Assembly (NCBI GenBank): GCA_048571215.1
Contig: CP182352.1
Span: forward strand, 2,176,001 to 2,240,000
DNA from: Halarcobacter sp.
Lineage (GTDB): Bacteria > Campylobacterota > Campylobacteria > Campylobacterales > Arcobacteraceae
DNA length: 64,000 bases
Direction: 5' to 3'
How positions within the stretch are numbered: the first letter of the stretch is position 1; each line of letters starts with the position of its first letter. Both the position numbers and the translations under genes were made by a program. The notes beneath the pieces were generated by a model. The model made no database searches. It had not been told where the DNA came from and saw only the letters and a program-made list of their open reading frames with translations. This document shows positions 31,165 through 41,715 of this stretch, piece after piece.

Positions 31165-32415
31165 ATGGTACATAGAAAGATTGAACCAACAATAGTTGAA
31201 ATGCTTAAATACTTTAGAGTTGTTGCAATAAATGGACCGAGACAATCAGGAAAAACTACTCTTCAAAAGAAAATAGCAAAAAGTAAAGAAATGGACTATT
31301 ACACTTTTGATGATAGTGAAACTTTTGATACAGTAACAAATGATACAAATGGATTCATTGATTATATCTCAAAAGAAAAGAATGTAGCTATTGATGAAGT
31401 TCAAATGATACCAAGAGTAATACCTGCAATAAAAATGGCGGTAGATAGTGAAAATAGAAAAGGCATGTTTTTATTAACGGGTTCTTCTGATATGTTTAAG
31501 AACTCAAAGATAAAAGAATCTTTAGCAGGGAGAATGGCAAGTTTTAATCTATTTCCTTTATCTTACGCAGAGATAAACAAAAGAGATATAAATATTATAG
31601 ATAAACTTTTTAGTGATGATTTTAATGATTTTGAAATTTATAAGGACACATCAAGAGAATCTTTTATAAGTGCAGTTATAAATGGTGGTTACCCTGAAGT
31701 TTATGAGTTACCAACTAAAGCAAAAAAAGCATGGTTCGATTTTTATATAAAATCAAGAATTACAAAAGATATAGCAGATTTTGAAAATGTGCATTTAGAT
31801 AAAATAATTCACTTAGATAAATTACTAAAAGTTTTAGCTTCACAAGTAGGCTCAATTGTAAATTACACAAGTATTGCTAATTCTATTGGACTTGCAGATA
31901 AAACAGTTAGAAAATATATAGGACTTTTAGAAGCTTTATATATCGTAAAACTAATTCCTGCATATTCAAATAATATGCTAAAAAGAGTAATAAAAAGTCC
32001 AAAAGTTCATTTTATAGATTCAGGGTTAGCAAGTTACCTTTTAAACTCAAGTGTTGAGGCTTCTTTAGTAGGTAAAAATGAGCATTTAGGAAATCTAGTT
32101 GAAACCTTTGTATATAGTGAACTAATTAAACATCAATCATACTCAGAAGAAAATATAGAAATTTATCACTATAGAGACCAACAACAAAAAGAAGTTGATT
32201 TTGTAATTGAATCAAATTCAGGTGATATTGTAGCACTTGAAATCAAATCAGGTTCAACCATTAAAAAAGAACAATTTAAAGGTCTTCTAGCTCTAGCTCA
32301 AACAATTAAAAAGAAAAATTTTAAAGGTATTGTTTTATATGGTGGAGATAAGATATTGCCTTTCAAAATTGAAGAATATCAATTTTGGGCAATTCCTTTA
32401 AGAGTATTAATTTAA
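31165..32415 (+). CDS. AAA-family ATPase with DUF4143 domain
   Basis: GPRQSGKTT, IDEVQ, LTGSS, LAGR, EVDFVIE..ALEIK. Confidence 0.9.
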   Translation: MVHRKIEPTIVEMLKYFRVVAINGPRQSGKTTLQKKIAKSKEMDYYTFDDSETFDTVTNDTNGFIDYISKEKNVAIDEVQMIPRVIPAIKMAVDSENRKGMFLLTGSSDMFKNSKIKESLAGRMASFNLFPLSYAEINKRDINIIDKLFSDDFNDFEIYKDTSRESFISAVINGGYPEVYELPTKAKKAWFDFYIKSRITKDIADFENVHLDKIIHLDKLLKVLASQVGSIVNYTSIANSIGLADKTVRKYIGLLEALYIVKLIPAYSNNMLKRVIKSPKVHFIDSGLASYLLNSSVEASLVGKNEHLGNLVETFVYSELIKHQSYSEENIEIYHYRDQQQKEVDFVIESNSGDIVALEIKSGSTIKKEQFKGLLALAQTIKKKNFKGIVLYGGDKILPFKIEEYQFWAIPLRVLI

Positions 32416-32433
32416 TTAAATATATTATACTTT

Positions 32434-32577
32434 ATGCATAAATATCAAGAATTAAAATATCTTGAAAAATATAATATATGTGAAGAAGAAAAAATAAAAC
32501 TAATAGAAAACTTATATAGATTAGCACATATTAATTTCAATAATTTTATTGAGAATAATTGAAAAATTATATATTAG
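32434..32577 (+). CDS. 47-aa ORF preceding the recoded recombinase (one TGA, probably Gly)
   Basis: MHKYQELKYLEKYNICEEEKIKLIENLYRLAHINFNNFIENN(TGA)KIIY-TAG. Confidence 0.45.
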
Positions 32578-32594
32578 TATTTAAATACAGAGAT

Positions 32595-34400
32595 ATGAAT
32601 AAAAATGTAATTATTTATTGTAGAGTATCTACCGATAAACAATCTAAAACTTGAGAAAGTTTAGAAGAACAAGAAAGGCAATGTAGGGAATATTGTAAAA
32701 ATAATGGTTACCAAGTTTTAGCAGTATTTTCAGAACAATTTACTTGAACAAAAGATAGAAGACCAAAAGTTCAAGAAGCTCTAGAGTTTATAAAAAACTC
32801 TGAGCTTCAAATTAATCACATCATAGTATTAAAAATAGATAGAGTTAGTAGATGATGAATTTTAATACACGATAGCTTTAAAAATCAATTTAAAGCATTA
32901 TGAGTAACATTAAAAGATACATACTGAGTTATATGAGAAGATAAAAATGTAGTTAAAATAGATTGAATTAATACGGATAAATATAATTGGGCAAAAAGTA
33001 ACTCAAATCAAATTGCAGAAAATGTAACTGTAATGATGAGTGAAAATGAAAGAAATACTATACTACAAAGGCTTTTATGACAAGCTATAAAAAATAATAT
33101 GAGATGATACAAAGTTAGAGATTCTGAGTATGGTTATAAAAATGCAAGAATTATGACTGAGTTTTGAAAAAAAACAATACAAGTTGAAAATACAGAAGAG
33201 AGTATTTATATTAAAAAACTATTTGAGTTAAAAGCTAGATGAGATTTAAGTGATAAAAAAATTGTAGATGAAATTAATTTAATGTGATATAAATCTAGAA
33301 AAAGAGTTAAATGGAATAAAGAAAAAACACAGCCAGTATGAAGTATATGATGAAAACCTCTTAGTGTTGAGCAATTGCAAAGGTATTTAAAAATGACTAT
33401 TTATGCTTGAATTGTTTGTGAGGAATGGACTTGAAATAAACCTATTAAAGCACCTTATAATTGATTAGTTAGTTTAGATGTATGGAATAAAGCTAATAGG
33501 GGAAAGTATAGGTTAACAGAAGTAGAAGATTGAATATTTAAAATAGAGTATTTTAATGGAGAAGAAAAAATTGAAGCTCCAATTATTCAAAAACACAAAA
33601 ACTATAATCCTGAGTATCCTTATTGAAAAGTTTTAGAATGTCCTATATGTTGATGACACTTAACAGCTGAAAAATCTAAATCTAAAAATTGAAGCTATCA
33701 TCATTACTATAGTTGTAGATGAAAAAAATGAGTTAGGCACAAAAATTATTGACTAAGAAGAGATGAGATTAATGAATATATTATAGAGACTTTTTCAAAT
33801 ATTAAATTTGATAAAAATATATTAAAAATATTTAATTTAATATCAAAAGATGTTTTTGAAGATAGAAAAAAAGAGCTACAAGAGAAAGATTTATTAATAA
33901 TTCAAAATATAAAAGATTTAGAAGTAAGAAAAGAATCTATTTTAAATAATATCCCAAATATAATAAACTATCCTGATATTTTAGAAGCACAAAATAATGA
34001 GCTTCAAAAAATAAAACACACTATTTGAGAATTACAAATTAAACAAAAAAACAATACTAAGTCTTTATGATTAAAAAGATTTCAAGATTGTTCTAAAAAA
34101 ATTCTCGAACACCTTGATAAACTAGTATTACAAAGGGATAATCCAGAATTAATACAGCTTGCTTTTGATGTAGTTTTTGATTGAAAAGTAAAGTTTGAAA
34201 ATTTAAAATCTCGAACACCAATTAATAAGGAGTTTTTGGCTTTAAATACAAAAAAAGATTTTCAAAAAAATTGAAAATCTTCATTAAATCTCAAATGGTC
34301 GGAAACAAATAAAAGTTACCACACAATAAAGGATTGGATTGTTAAATTAATAGACAAAATTGATAAGTGGCAGTATGTAATTGAGTGAATAAATATTTAA
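32595..34400 (+). CDS. Large serine recombinase, 601 aa, TGA=Gly (table 25)
   Basis: Open ATG to TAA except ~32 TGA; YCRVSTDKQ, EQFT*TKDRRP, IDRVSR**, IYA*, CPIC**HL, YYSCR*. Confidence 0.93.
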
Positions 34401-34797
34401 CATACTCAGGTGCTCTGAGAAATTTGATATTAGAACTTTTTTAAATTATTTATCAATAGTTGACTTGGAGGAATTAGATGAGTTTAAAAAAACTATAATG
34501 AAAGAATGTTAATTCTTTTTAAATCAATAATAAAAATACTTCTTTATATTTTGTGACACTTAATGAGGTGCATTTGTAGTAAAATAAATATTTTACTATT
34601 AAGTTATAAAATAGTTTCTAACATAAAAAATAAAAAACTTAAATATTTTAATAAAAATTCGTTATTATATAAATAATATAATTATTAAATATCTAATTTA
34701 CTAATTATTAAGTTAATAAAATTACATTTTGTAATATTTCTGCTAAATAATATTTTTATAATATATAATAGAAAAAAAAATGAAAGAAGAGTGAATA

Positions 34798-36328
34798 ATG
34801 TCAAATAATTATGAAACCATAGAAACTTTTTTAAATAACTTTGTGGAATCAATAAGAATTACTGATTCTGCACTTGAAAAAGCAGAAGCTCGTTATAAAA
34901 GTATAGGTAATTGGCTTAATAGGGAAGAATCTGCACTTGTTAAATTTGAACCTGAAATTTATTCTCAAGGTTCAATAAGATTAAATATTGCAATTAAACC
35001 TATACATGACGATGAAGAATATGATTTAGATGCAGTTTGTTTATTAAATAGATTAGCAGTAAATATTATAAGCCAAGAAAAATTAAAAAAAATAGTTGGA
35101 GAAGAATTAGACTTATATGTAAAAGAAAATGGGTTTAAAAAACCTTTACATGAGGGAAAAAGATGTTGGACTATAAAATATTCTGATTCTGCACAATTTC
35201 ATATGGATATATTACCATCCGTCCCAGATGAAGAAGGTTTTAGACAAAAGTTATTTGAAAATAATATTACGTTAGATAGTATTAATAAATTACACACATC
35301 AAGTGCAATCTCAATCACAGATAATACTTCTTCAAACTACCCATATATTCATCATGATTGGAATAAGAGTAACCCTAAGGGCTATCATGAATGGTTTAAA
35401 GAAAAATGTAAAGTTACACAATTAACAAAAAGATTTAATTCTTTGATGGTTGCAACTGAAAGCGTTGAAGAGATACCTAGTCAAGGATATAGTTTTACCT
35501 TTACAAAAAGCAATTATGATTTTAAAAAGACATAGAGATATAATGTTTAAAGGTGATAGTGAACATAAACCTATTTCTGTAATTATAACTACTCTAGCAG
35601 CCAAAGCTTATAAAGGAACAAAAGACTTAAAAGAAACTCTAGATGATATTGTTTTTGGGATGGAAAGAGAAATTGACTGCAATGAAAAATGTATAGTTTT
35701 AAATCCAATAAATCCAAATGAAAATTTTGCAGATAAATGGGAAAACGAACCAATAAAAAAAGAAGTTTTTTTTAGATGGTTAGAACAACTTAAAATTGAT
35801 TATAAATATTTGTCATCAGATAACTATGGTAATACAAAAAATTTACTTGAAAATAGTTTTGGAACAAATGCAATACAAAAAACTTATAATGATAGCTTTG
35901 GGGTAGTTAAAAATTTAGCTATAAGAGCTAAGGAATTATTATCTTTATCTCATGTTCAAAAACCAAAATGGGAAAATAATATAAAATATAGAGTTGATAT
36001 TATTTGTATGAAAAGTAAAAATGGATGGATGTCAAAAGATTTAAAAAGTGGTGAACCAATTGAAAAAAATTGGAATTTAAGATTTGAAGCAAAGATACAA
36101 AATATAGGTTCAGGAAGAAAATTTTATTGGCAAGTTGCAAATAGTGGATTAGAAGCTAAAGATGCAAATTGTTTAAGAGGTAGCTTTTATGAAGGAGTAA
36201 TATCTAAAGGTGGAAAAGTTAGAGAAGAATCAACTAGTTACAGTGGCTCACATTTTGTAAGATGTTTTGTTATTCAAGATAATAAATGTGTTGCAATTAG
36301 TGAACCATTTATTGTAAATATTATTTAA
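34798..36328 (+). pseudogene. CBASS CD-NTase with C-terminal AGS-C-like domain, split by a single frameshift
   Basis: YSQGS, EYDLD, HMDILP, SNPKGY in ORF1; PLQKAIMILKRHRD, NPNENFADKW, ESTSYSGSHFVRC in ORF2; extra T at 35493-35496. Confidence 0.88.
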
Positions 36329-36337
36329 GGAAAAAAT

Positions 36338-37378
36338 ATGAAGTCAGTAATGAATTTTATCTTAAAAATTTTTGAACTTTTAAAGAGTGACCCAAAAACT
36401 ACAATAGCGAAATATATTTTTTTTGGAGGTATTGGACTTCGAGGTATTGGACAAATAGTTTATGAATTTTCCGATAAAGATGTTTCTCATACTCTTACAT
36501 TTTCTGATGGTATTGATTATACTGGATATCTTTTAGTCTTTATAGGTATTGTATTATTAATGATTAGATTTTTTACTATAAAAAACAATTCTCCTACTTT
36601 AGCTTATGGTATTGGCATGGAAAATATGGATATACATTTACCGTTAAAAGCAATTCCTAGTTATGAAAGATATGATTGTATAGAGTTAAGTATTCCTGAA
36701 ATAAATTCATATGATAAAAATGAAGTACTTGAAATTTATAAATTTATTAAAACACTAATTAATTCAAGAGTAGAAAATAAAAACTCACAAAAGGTTTATA
36801 TTGGAGCATTAGGAAGTTTTCCATATCTTTTTTTATTAGGAACCTTATTTAGAAATGCATATTCTCATATACAGTTACTAGATTATGATAGACATGCTAG
36901 TGGCGGAGGGAAATGGTATAAGTTACCACCATATAATGAAAGTACAGAAAAGCTATTTCACAAATTAACGTATGAAGATAAATCTATCGAAGAGAAAATA
37001 CATGAGTTAATAGAAAATGAATTAGATGAAGTAGGTATTGCATTATCATATACTTTTCCTATTAATAAAAAGGCTATTCCTGAATACTTAAGAACCAATA
37101 TACTTTATTTAGAGCATACTTATGGTATAGGGCATGACAAATTATCAAATGAGGAAGCACAAAGAAATTTAATTAATGAATTATCTAAATATATATCTTT
37201 ATTTGCTGATAATGGTAAAAAAATTCATTTATTTGTATCTGCACAATCTTCAATATGTATTAATATAGGGAAATCTTATATGAATAATTCTCATGGAACT
37301 TTAATATTACATAATTATGATAGTTCTACAATAAAATATAATTGGAATATTAAGTTTAATAAAAATAATATAGATTAA
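36338..37378 (+). CDS. 2TM-SAVED CBASS effector (Cap14-like)
   Basis: Two N-terminal TM segments; SAVED-like IHLFVSAQSSICINIG; directly after CD-NTase. Confidence 0.85.
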   Translation: MKSVMNFILKIFELLKSDPKTTIAKYIFFGGIGLRGIGQIVYEFSDKDVSHTLTFSDGIDYTGYLLVFIGIVLLMIRFFTIKNNSPTLAYGIGMENMDIHLPLKAIPSYERYDCIELSIPEINSYDKNEVLEIYKFIKTLINSRVENKNSQKVYIGALGSFPYLFLLGTLFRNAYSHIQLLDYDRHASGGGKWYKLPPYNESTEKLFHKLTYEDKSIEEKIHELIENELDEVGIALSYTFPINKKAIPEYLRTNILYLEHTYGIGHDKLSNEEAQRNLINELSKYISLFADNGKKIHLFVSAQSSICINIGKSYMNNSHGTLILHNYDSSTIKYNWNIKFNKNNID

Positions 37379-37423
37379 TTTTTTTGAAATAATACAACAA
37401 TATAATAAAAAAGGATAAATTAA

Positions 37424-38074
37424 ATGACAATAGATTCATATTTTAAAGAATTAAACGAAGCAATTGATTTCACTGATAGTATGGGGTTAAAATTGCCTAA
37501 AAAAATTAATTTTGACTATGATAAACGATATTTTACGGAAGAAGGCAACTATAAACTAATCAAAGTATATAATGATATTTTTCAGTCTAAATTAATTAAT
37601 GTCTCTGATATGTATGAATTTGCATTAGGGATGATTGCAAACTGTAGTCCTCTTCATTATTTTTTAAAAAAATATTTAGATAAAGAGTTAGGTTGCAAAT
37701 CATATTTTACAATAGGATATATATTATTTGACGATGAAAAGGGAAATTCTTATCATAAAATAACTCAAGAAATTGTTAAAGATTGTCTAAATAATTCTAA
37801 GTTTCCTAAGGATCATCATGTATGGTTAACTTTAGATAGTGGTGAAATTCTTGATTTAACATTTCCTTTAACATATTCTAGTATTCATGATAAAAATTTT
37901 AATAATAGTCTAGAGCAAGGTAAAATTGGAATAAGCTTCATAAATCGGCACATTAATGACTTTCAACATTCAATGACATATAAACCAATACTTATAGGTG
38001 AAAATTTTTTTAGTAAAATCGGATTTGATTTAGAAGATATCTCGTATGTTATGTATAATAAATATATAATATAG
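37424..38074 (+). CDS. Hypothetical protein
   Basis: AAGGA RBS; HVWLTLDSGEILDLT. Confidence 0.75.
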   Translation: MTIDSYFKELNEAIDFTDSMGLKLPKKINFDYDKRYFTEEGNYKLIKVYNDIFQSKLINVSDMYEFALGMIANCSPLHYFLKKYLDKELGCKSYFTIGYILFDDEKGNSYHKITQEIVKDCLNNSKFPKDHHVWLTLDSGEILDLTFPLTYSSIHDKNFNNSLEQGKIGISFINRHINDFQHSMTYKPILIGENFFSKIGFDLEDISYVMYNKYII

Positions 38075-38173
38075 TTTATATTATTATTTAAATGTATAAA
38101 TTCTTATTAATTGTGACGCATTTGTGACAAAATGTTTATATAATTTACTAGAAATTCAATATAAGGAAAAAAA

Positions 38174-38515
38174 ATGGCATTATCAGAAATTGATTGTAGT
38201 AAAGTAAAAAACCTTGGTGATATTCAAGGTAGTGGAACAATAGACCAAACTGGAGAAAATAAAGGTATAGATAAAGGAAAAGTTGCTTGTATGCAAAAAT
38301 ATTATCTTGATGATAAAAAAAATAAAAAAGAAGCTAATGAAATAAAAATGATGATTAGCAAATATTATAAAAAATATGAGGCTGATGAAAACTTTTATAA
38401 AGCTCTTTGCAATTGTTGTCAAGAAAAAGTCAAAGGTTTTCCAGGTATTGAAGGAAGTAATCAATGGGAAAAGTTATATAAATGCTTATCCAATAAGGGT
38501 TACAAAAAAAGTTAA
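38174..38515 (+). CDS. Hypothetical Cys-containing protein
   Basis: AAGGA RBS; bidirectional hairpin at 38531-38552. Confidence 0.7.
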   Translation: MALSEIDCSKVKNLGDIQGSGTIDQTGENKGIDKGKVACMQKYYLDDKKNKKEANEIKMMISKYYKKYEADENFYKALCNCCQEKVKGFPGIEGSNQWEKLYKCLSNKGYKKS

Positions 38516-38550
38516 TTATACAAACTAAAATAGGTATAGATTATCTATAC

Positions 38551-39723
38551 CTATTTACAAAATGCTTCATCAAAACTTGGTTTGCCTAGAAACTTAACAT
38601 TACTTATCTCAGTAATATCTCTTCTTTGATTTTCTATTATGTGTAAATATCCTATTTCTTTTTTTCTCTCATTATCTATATAGTCTTTTCCTGTAAGTTG
38701 CAATAAATTTATTACAGCATCAATATAAGAAATTTTTTTATCATCTAAATCTTTGCATATTGAATTATGTGTTTCTTCTATAATTTTTTTAATAATATCT
38801 TTTTTTAGGTAATAAATATATTTTGTATCTTTTCCTAAATAAAATATAAAGTCTTTATTTGAGTTTATTTCTACTTCTCTAACAGATGGCACTCTTATTA
38901 TTGCAATATATTTTTTTGAAATTAAATCAATAATATCAATTTTATAACTTGAATTAAAAAGCTCTAAAGTAATTATTAAAGAGTATGCTATAAAAATAAA
39001 TGAAATTGTAGATAAAAACATCCTTTTTAAATGTTCTTTAAAATTGAATCTAGCAATCTTATCAAAAATTAGTATTATAAATAAAACTGCTAAGAAAAGT
39101 CCTCCCACTATTAAAAATGCTTTTATCATATTTTTTATATACAAGTAAGTGATTAAACTTAAGGTATCAAGAGAGAGATTCTCAATAATAACACCTATAT
39201 TTAATAGGTTTTCACTTACTAAAATAGTTACGATAAAAGAAGTTACTACTATAAAGTAATGTATATTTTTTAAAAATAATCCTGTTATCTTATCAAAATT
39301 AAACTCTTTGTTTTTTTCTTTAAACAATTTTTTTAAATAAAAAAATTCTTTCTCAAATCTTTTTAAAATAGTATTGTTTTCTTCTTTATGTTCAATAATC
39401 AAACACTTTATTATTATTTTTTCTTTATTCTCATGAGATACATTAGAAATTTTGTTTTTTAGTCTCTTTAAAAAGCCCTCTAAATTCTTATTTGAATATA
39501 TATTAAAGTGTTCGTATTCTATAATATTTTCATTTGAAACAATTATTGCAAATGCAGAATATTGTTTTTGAGTAGAAAACATAATCTGAAAACTACTAGG
39601 ATCATTTTCATATCTAAAACTTTCTACATACTCATCTATTTTCTGAATATTCTCTAAGTTACATTCAGTAAATAGTCCACTATATAATTTAAAATCTTCA
39701 TTTTCTTTAATCAAAATTGACAA
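38551..39723 (-). CDS. Hypothetical membrane protein
   Basis: 390 aa, central hydrophobic segments, AAGGAG RBS with TTG start. Confidence 0.75.
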   Translation of the reverse strand: MSILIKENEDFKLYSGLFTECNLENIQKIDEYVESFRYENDPSSFQIMFSTQKQYSAFAIIVSNENIIEYEHFNIYSNKNLEGFLKRLKNKISNVSHENKEKIIIKCLIIEHKEENNTILKRFEKEFFYLKKLFKEKNKEFNFDKITGLFLKNIHYFIVVTSFIVTILVSENLLNIGVIIENLSLDTLSLITYLYIKNMIKAFLIVGGLFLAVLFIILIFDKIARFNFKEHLKRMFLSTISFIFIAYSLIITLELFNSSYKIDIIDLISKKYIAIIRVPSVREVEINSNKDFIFYLGKDTKYIYYLKKDIIKKIIEETHNSICKDLDDKKISYIDAVINLLQLTGKDYIDNERKKEIGYLHIIENQRRDITEISNVKFLGKPSFDEAFCK

Positions 39724-40232
39724 GTTTTACTCCTTATAATAATTTCTAGTATATAAAAAATATGTCACAATCGACGTCACAAAAAGTATAAATTTTTAAA
39801 TTTATTATTTTAAAGCCATTTCCTGCTATTCATTATAATTAAATGGAAGATTAATTCTACTACTATTAGGACTATCCTACAAAGATAAACACTCTGTTCA
39901 TTGTTCAATAATTAATCGTCTAGTCAATCAACCAACTAATCAATTCTACAATAAGCAATTTTAAGGAAGTGTTTTTATGCACTTCTTTTTTTGTCTAAAC
40001 ACCTCTCTTAAAAGCTAATACCCATAAAATGTTTTTTGAAAATATTTAACTTCTAAAAATCAAGGATTATAAGGAGGGTCAGCAATTACAATATCCAATT
40101 TTTTCAAAAACCATATTTTGCACAAAAGATTATATAAGTGGCAAAATATTACATTTGACAGCTATTACTTGCATTGTTGATTAATTAGTGGGATTAATCG
40201 TCCTACTATTTTATATTCTTAACTTATATACT

Positions 40233-40406
40233 ATGAGTAAGATAATACATCTATCAGAAAAAGATAGAGAACAAATCGGTAAACTAAAATGTAAAATAAC
40301 CAGTTTACGAAATGAGATAAGCGATTATGAATGGGAATTAAGAAGCATTTATAAAAGCAAGAACTTAAGTAGGTTTGAAATAGAATCTACACTGCAAAAT
40401 TTATAG
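40233..40406 (+). CDS. Small coiled-coil hypothetical protein, probably part of the recoded block
   Basis: MSKIIHLSEKDREQ...; no SD; followed by hairpin AGAGGAA-TTT-TTCCTCT. Confidence 0.5.
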   Translation: MSKIIHLSEKDREQIGKLKCKITSLRNEISDYEWELRSIYKSKNLSRFEIESTLQNL

Positions 40407-40446
40407 AGGAATTTTTCCTCTTTTTTTAATACTTAATTTTTATATT

Positions 40447-41193
40447 ATGAAAAATATTACACACAAAGTTATTCAAGGAGGTTGTCTTGAAGTTATGAGA
40501 AAAATACCTAATAATTCAATAGATTTTATTTGTTCTGATTTTCCTTATAACATATCTTGAAAATGAGGTCTTACAATAAAGTGAGACAAAATAGTTAAAG
40601 CTGATTTTTGAGAATGGGATAAATGGGATTCGCAAGATGAATATTTAAACTTTGTATTTGAAATTTGTAACGAATACAAAAGAATATTAAAACCAAATGC
40701 TAGTTTAGTTTTATTCTTCTCTTATCATTATGCAGGATGGTTAGCTTATGAGTTACAAAGAAGATGATTATTTACATTTAGAAATCAAATTATCTTTAAC
40801 AAAGTAAATCCGCAAGTTCATTATAGAAAAAATGGTTTTAGATCATGTCATGAAGTTTGAGTTTGGTTAGTCAATGATTGATGAAATTTTAGTAAGCCAA
40901 GAGTATTTAACTTTTTGTGACAATCTAAAATGAAAAATGTTTTAAATTATGAGATTGGCAAAAATAAGCAATCTAATCATCCTACTGAAAAACCTGAATT
41001 TTTAATATGAGGTTTAATTGAAGTTTTTACAAATATTTGAGATATTGTTTTAGATAGTTTTGCAGGTGGTGGTACTACAGGAGTTGCTGCTTATAAAAAG
41101 AATAGAAGTTGTATTTCTATTGAAAAAGAAGCAGGATTTATTAATACTATTAGAAAAAGGCAAGAAAAAGCCAAAAATAAAAAGGGATATTAG
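40447..41193 (+). CDS. Beta-class N4/N6 DNA methyltransferase, 248 aa, TGA=Gly
   Basis: Open ATG to TAG except ~11 TGA; SIDFICSDFPYN, RILKP, HPTEKP, TNI*DIVLDSFAGGGTT. Confidence 0.92.
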
Positions 41194-41256
41194 TCCCTTT
41201 TTTGTTTCTTTATCTAATAAATAATACAATTATATATTTATATCTAGGTTTATACA

Positions 41257-41715
41257 ATGAAAAAAACAATAATATTTTTATCAACACTAAGTATCTTATC
41301 TTTTGCAAATGATGTTTATACAGATAGTAAAAACAAACTAATGTGGCAAGATAGCAAAGATGTAATGAGTATTCAAAAGCCTTATGTTACAAGAGATAAT
41401 TTTAGTAGTGGAAAATATACTAAACTTTCTGGTGATACTGCTTTTAATTATTGTGATACTTTAGTATTAAATGGTTTTAATGATTGGAGACTTCCAACAA
41501 TTGAAGAGCTTAAGGAACTAAATAAAATACAAGATGATTTATCTTTTAATAAAAGAGGTTCTTATTATTGGAGTTCAACATATAATTTAAAAGATAGTAT
41601 GAAAAATCGTTCTGTTATGGTTGGGCACGATATGAGTTTAAAAAGTCCTTTATGGGATAGAAGTTTAATAGTTGGAAATTATACAAATGTTAGGTGTGTT
41701 AGGGATATTAAATAA
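41257..41715 (+). CDS. DUF1566 (Lcl C-terminal) secreted protein
   Basis: Signal peptide, LMWQ, GFNDWRLPTIEEL, YYWSST, VRCVR. Confidence 0.88.
   Translation: MKKTIIFLSTLSILSFANDVYTDSKNKLMWQDSKDVMSIQKPYVTRDNFSSGKYTKLSGDTAFNYCDTLVLNGFNDWRLPTIEELKELNKIQDDLSFNKRGSYYWSSTYNLKDSMKNRSVMVGHDMSLKSPLWDRSLIVGNYTNVRCVRDIK

Noticed and set aside
32595..34400. TGA as Trp (table 4), as selenocysteine, or as pseudogene decay
   Set aside because: TGG is used for Trp, TGA sits at Gly motif positions including tandem TGATGA, and decay would also give TAA/TAG and frameshifts, which are absent.
34401..34512. Startless frame ...KFDIRTFLNYLSIVDLEELDEFKKTIMKEC
   Set aside because: Possibly the 3' remnant of a gene cut by the recombinase block, but too short to identify.
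40014..40115. Minus-strand LDIVIADPPYNP(TGA) methyltransferase motif
   Set aside because: Only a short fragment with no convincing start or motif I; may be a relic but cannot be supported as a gene.
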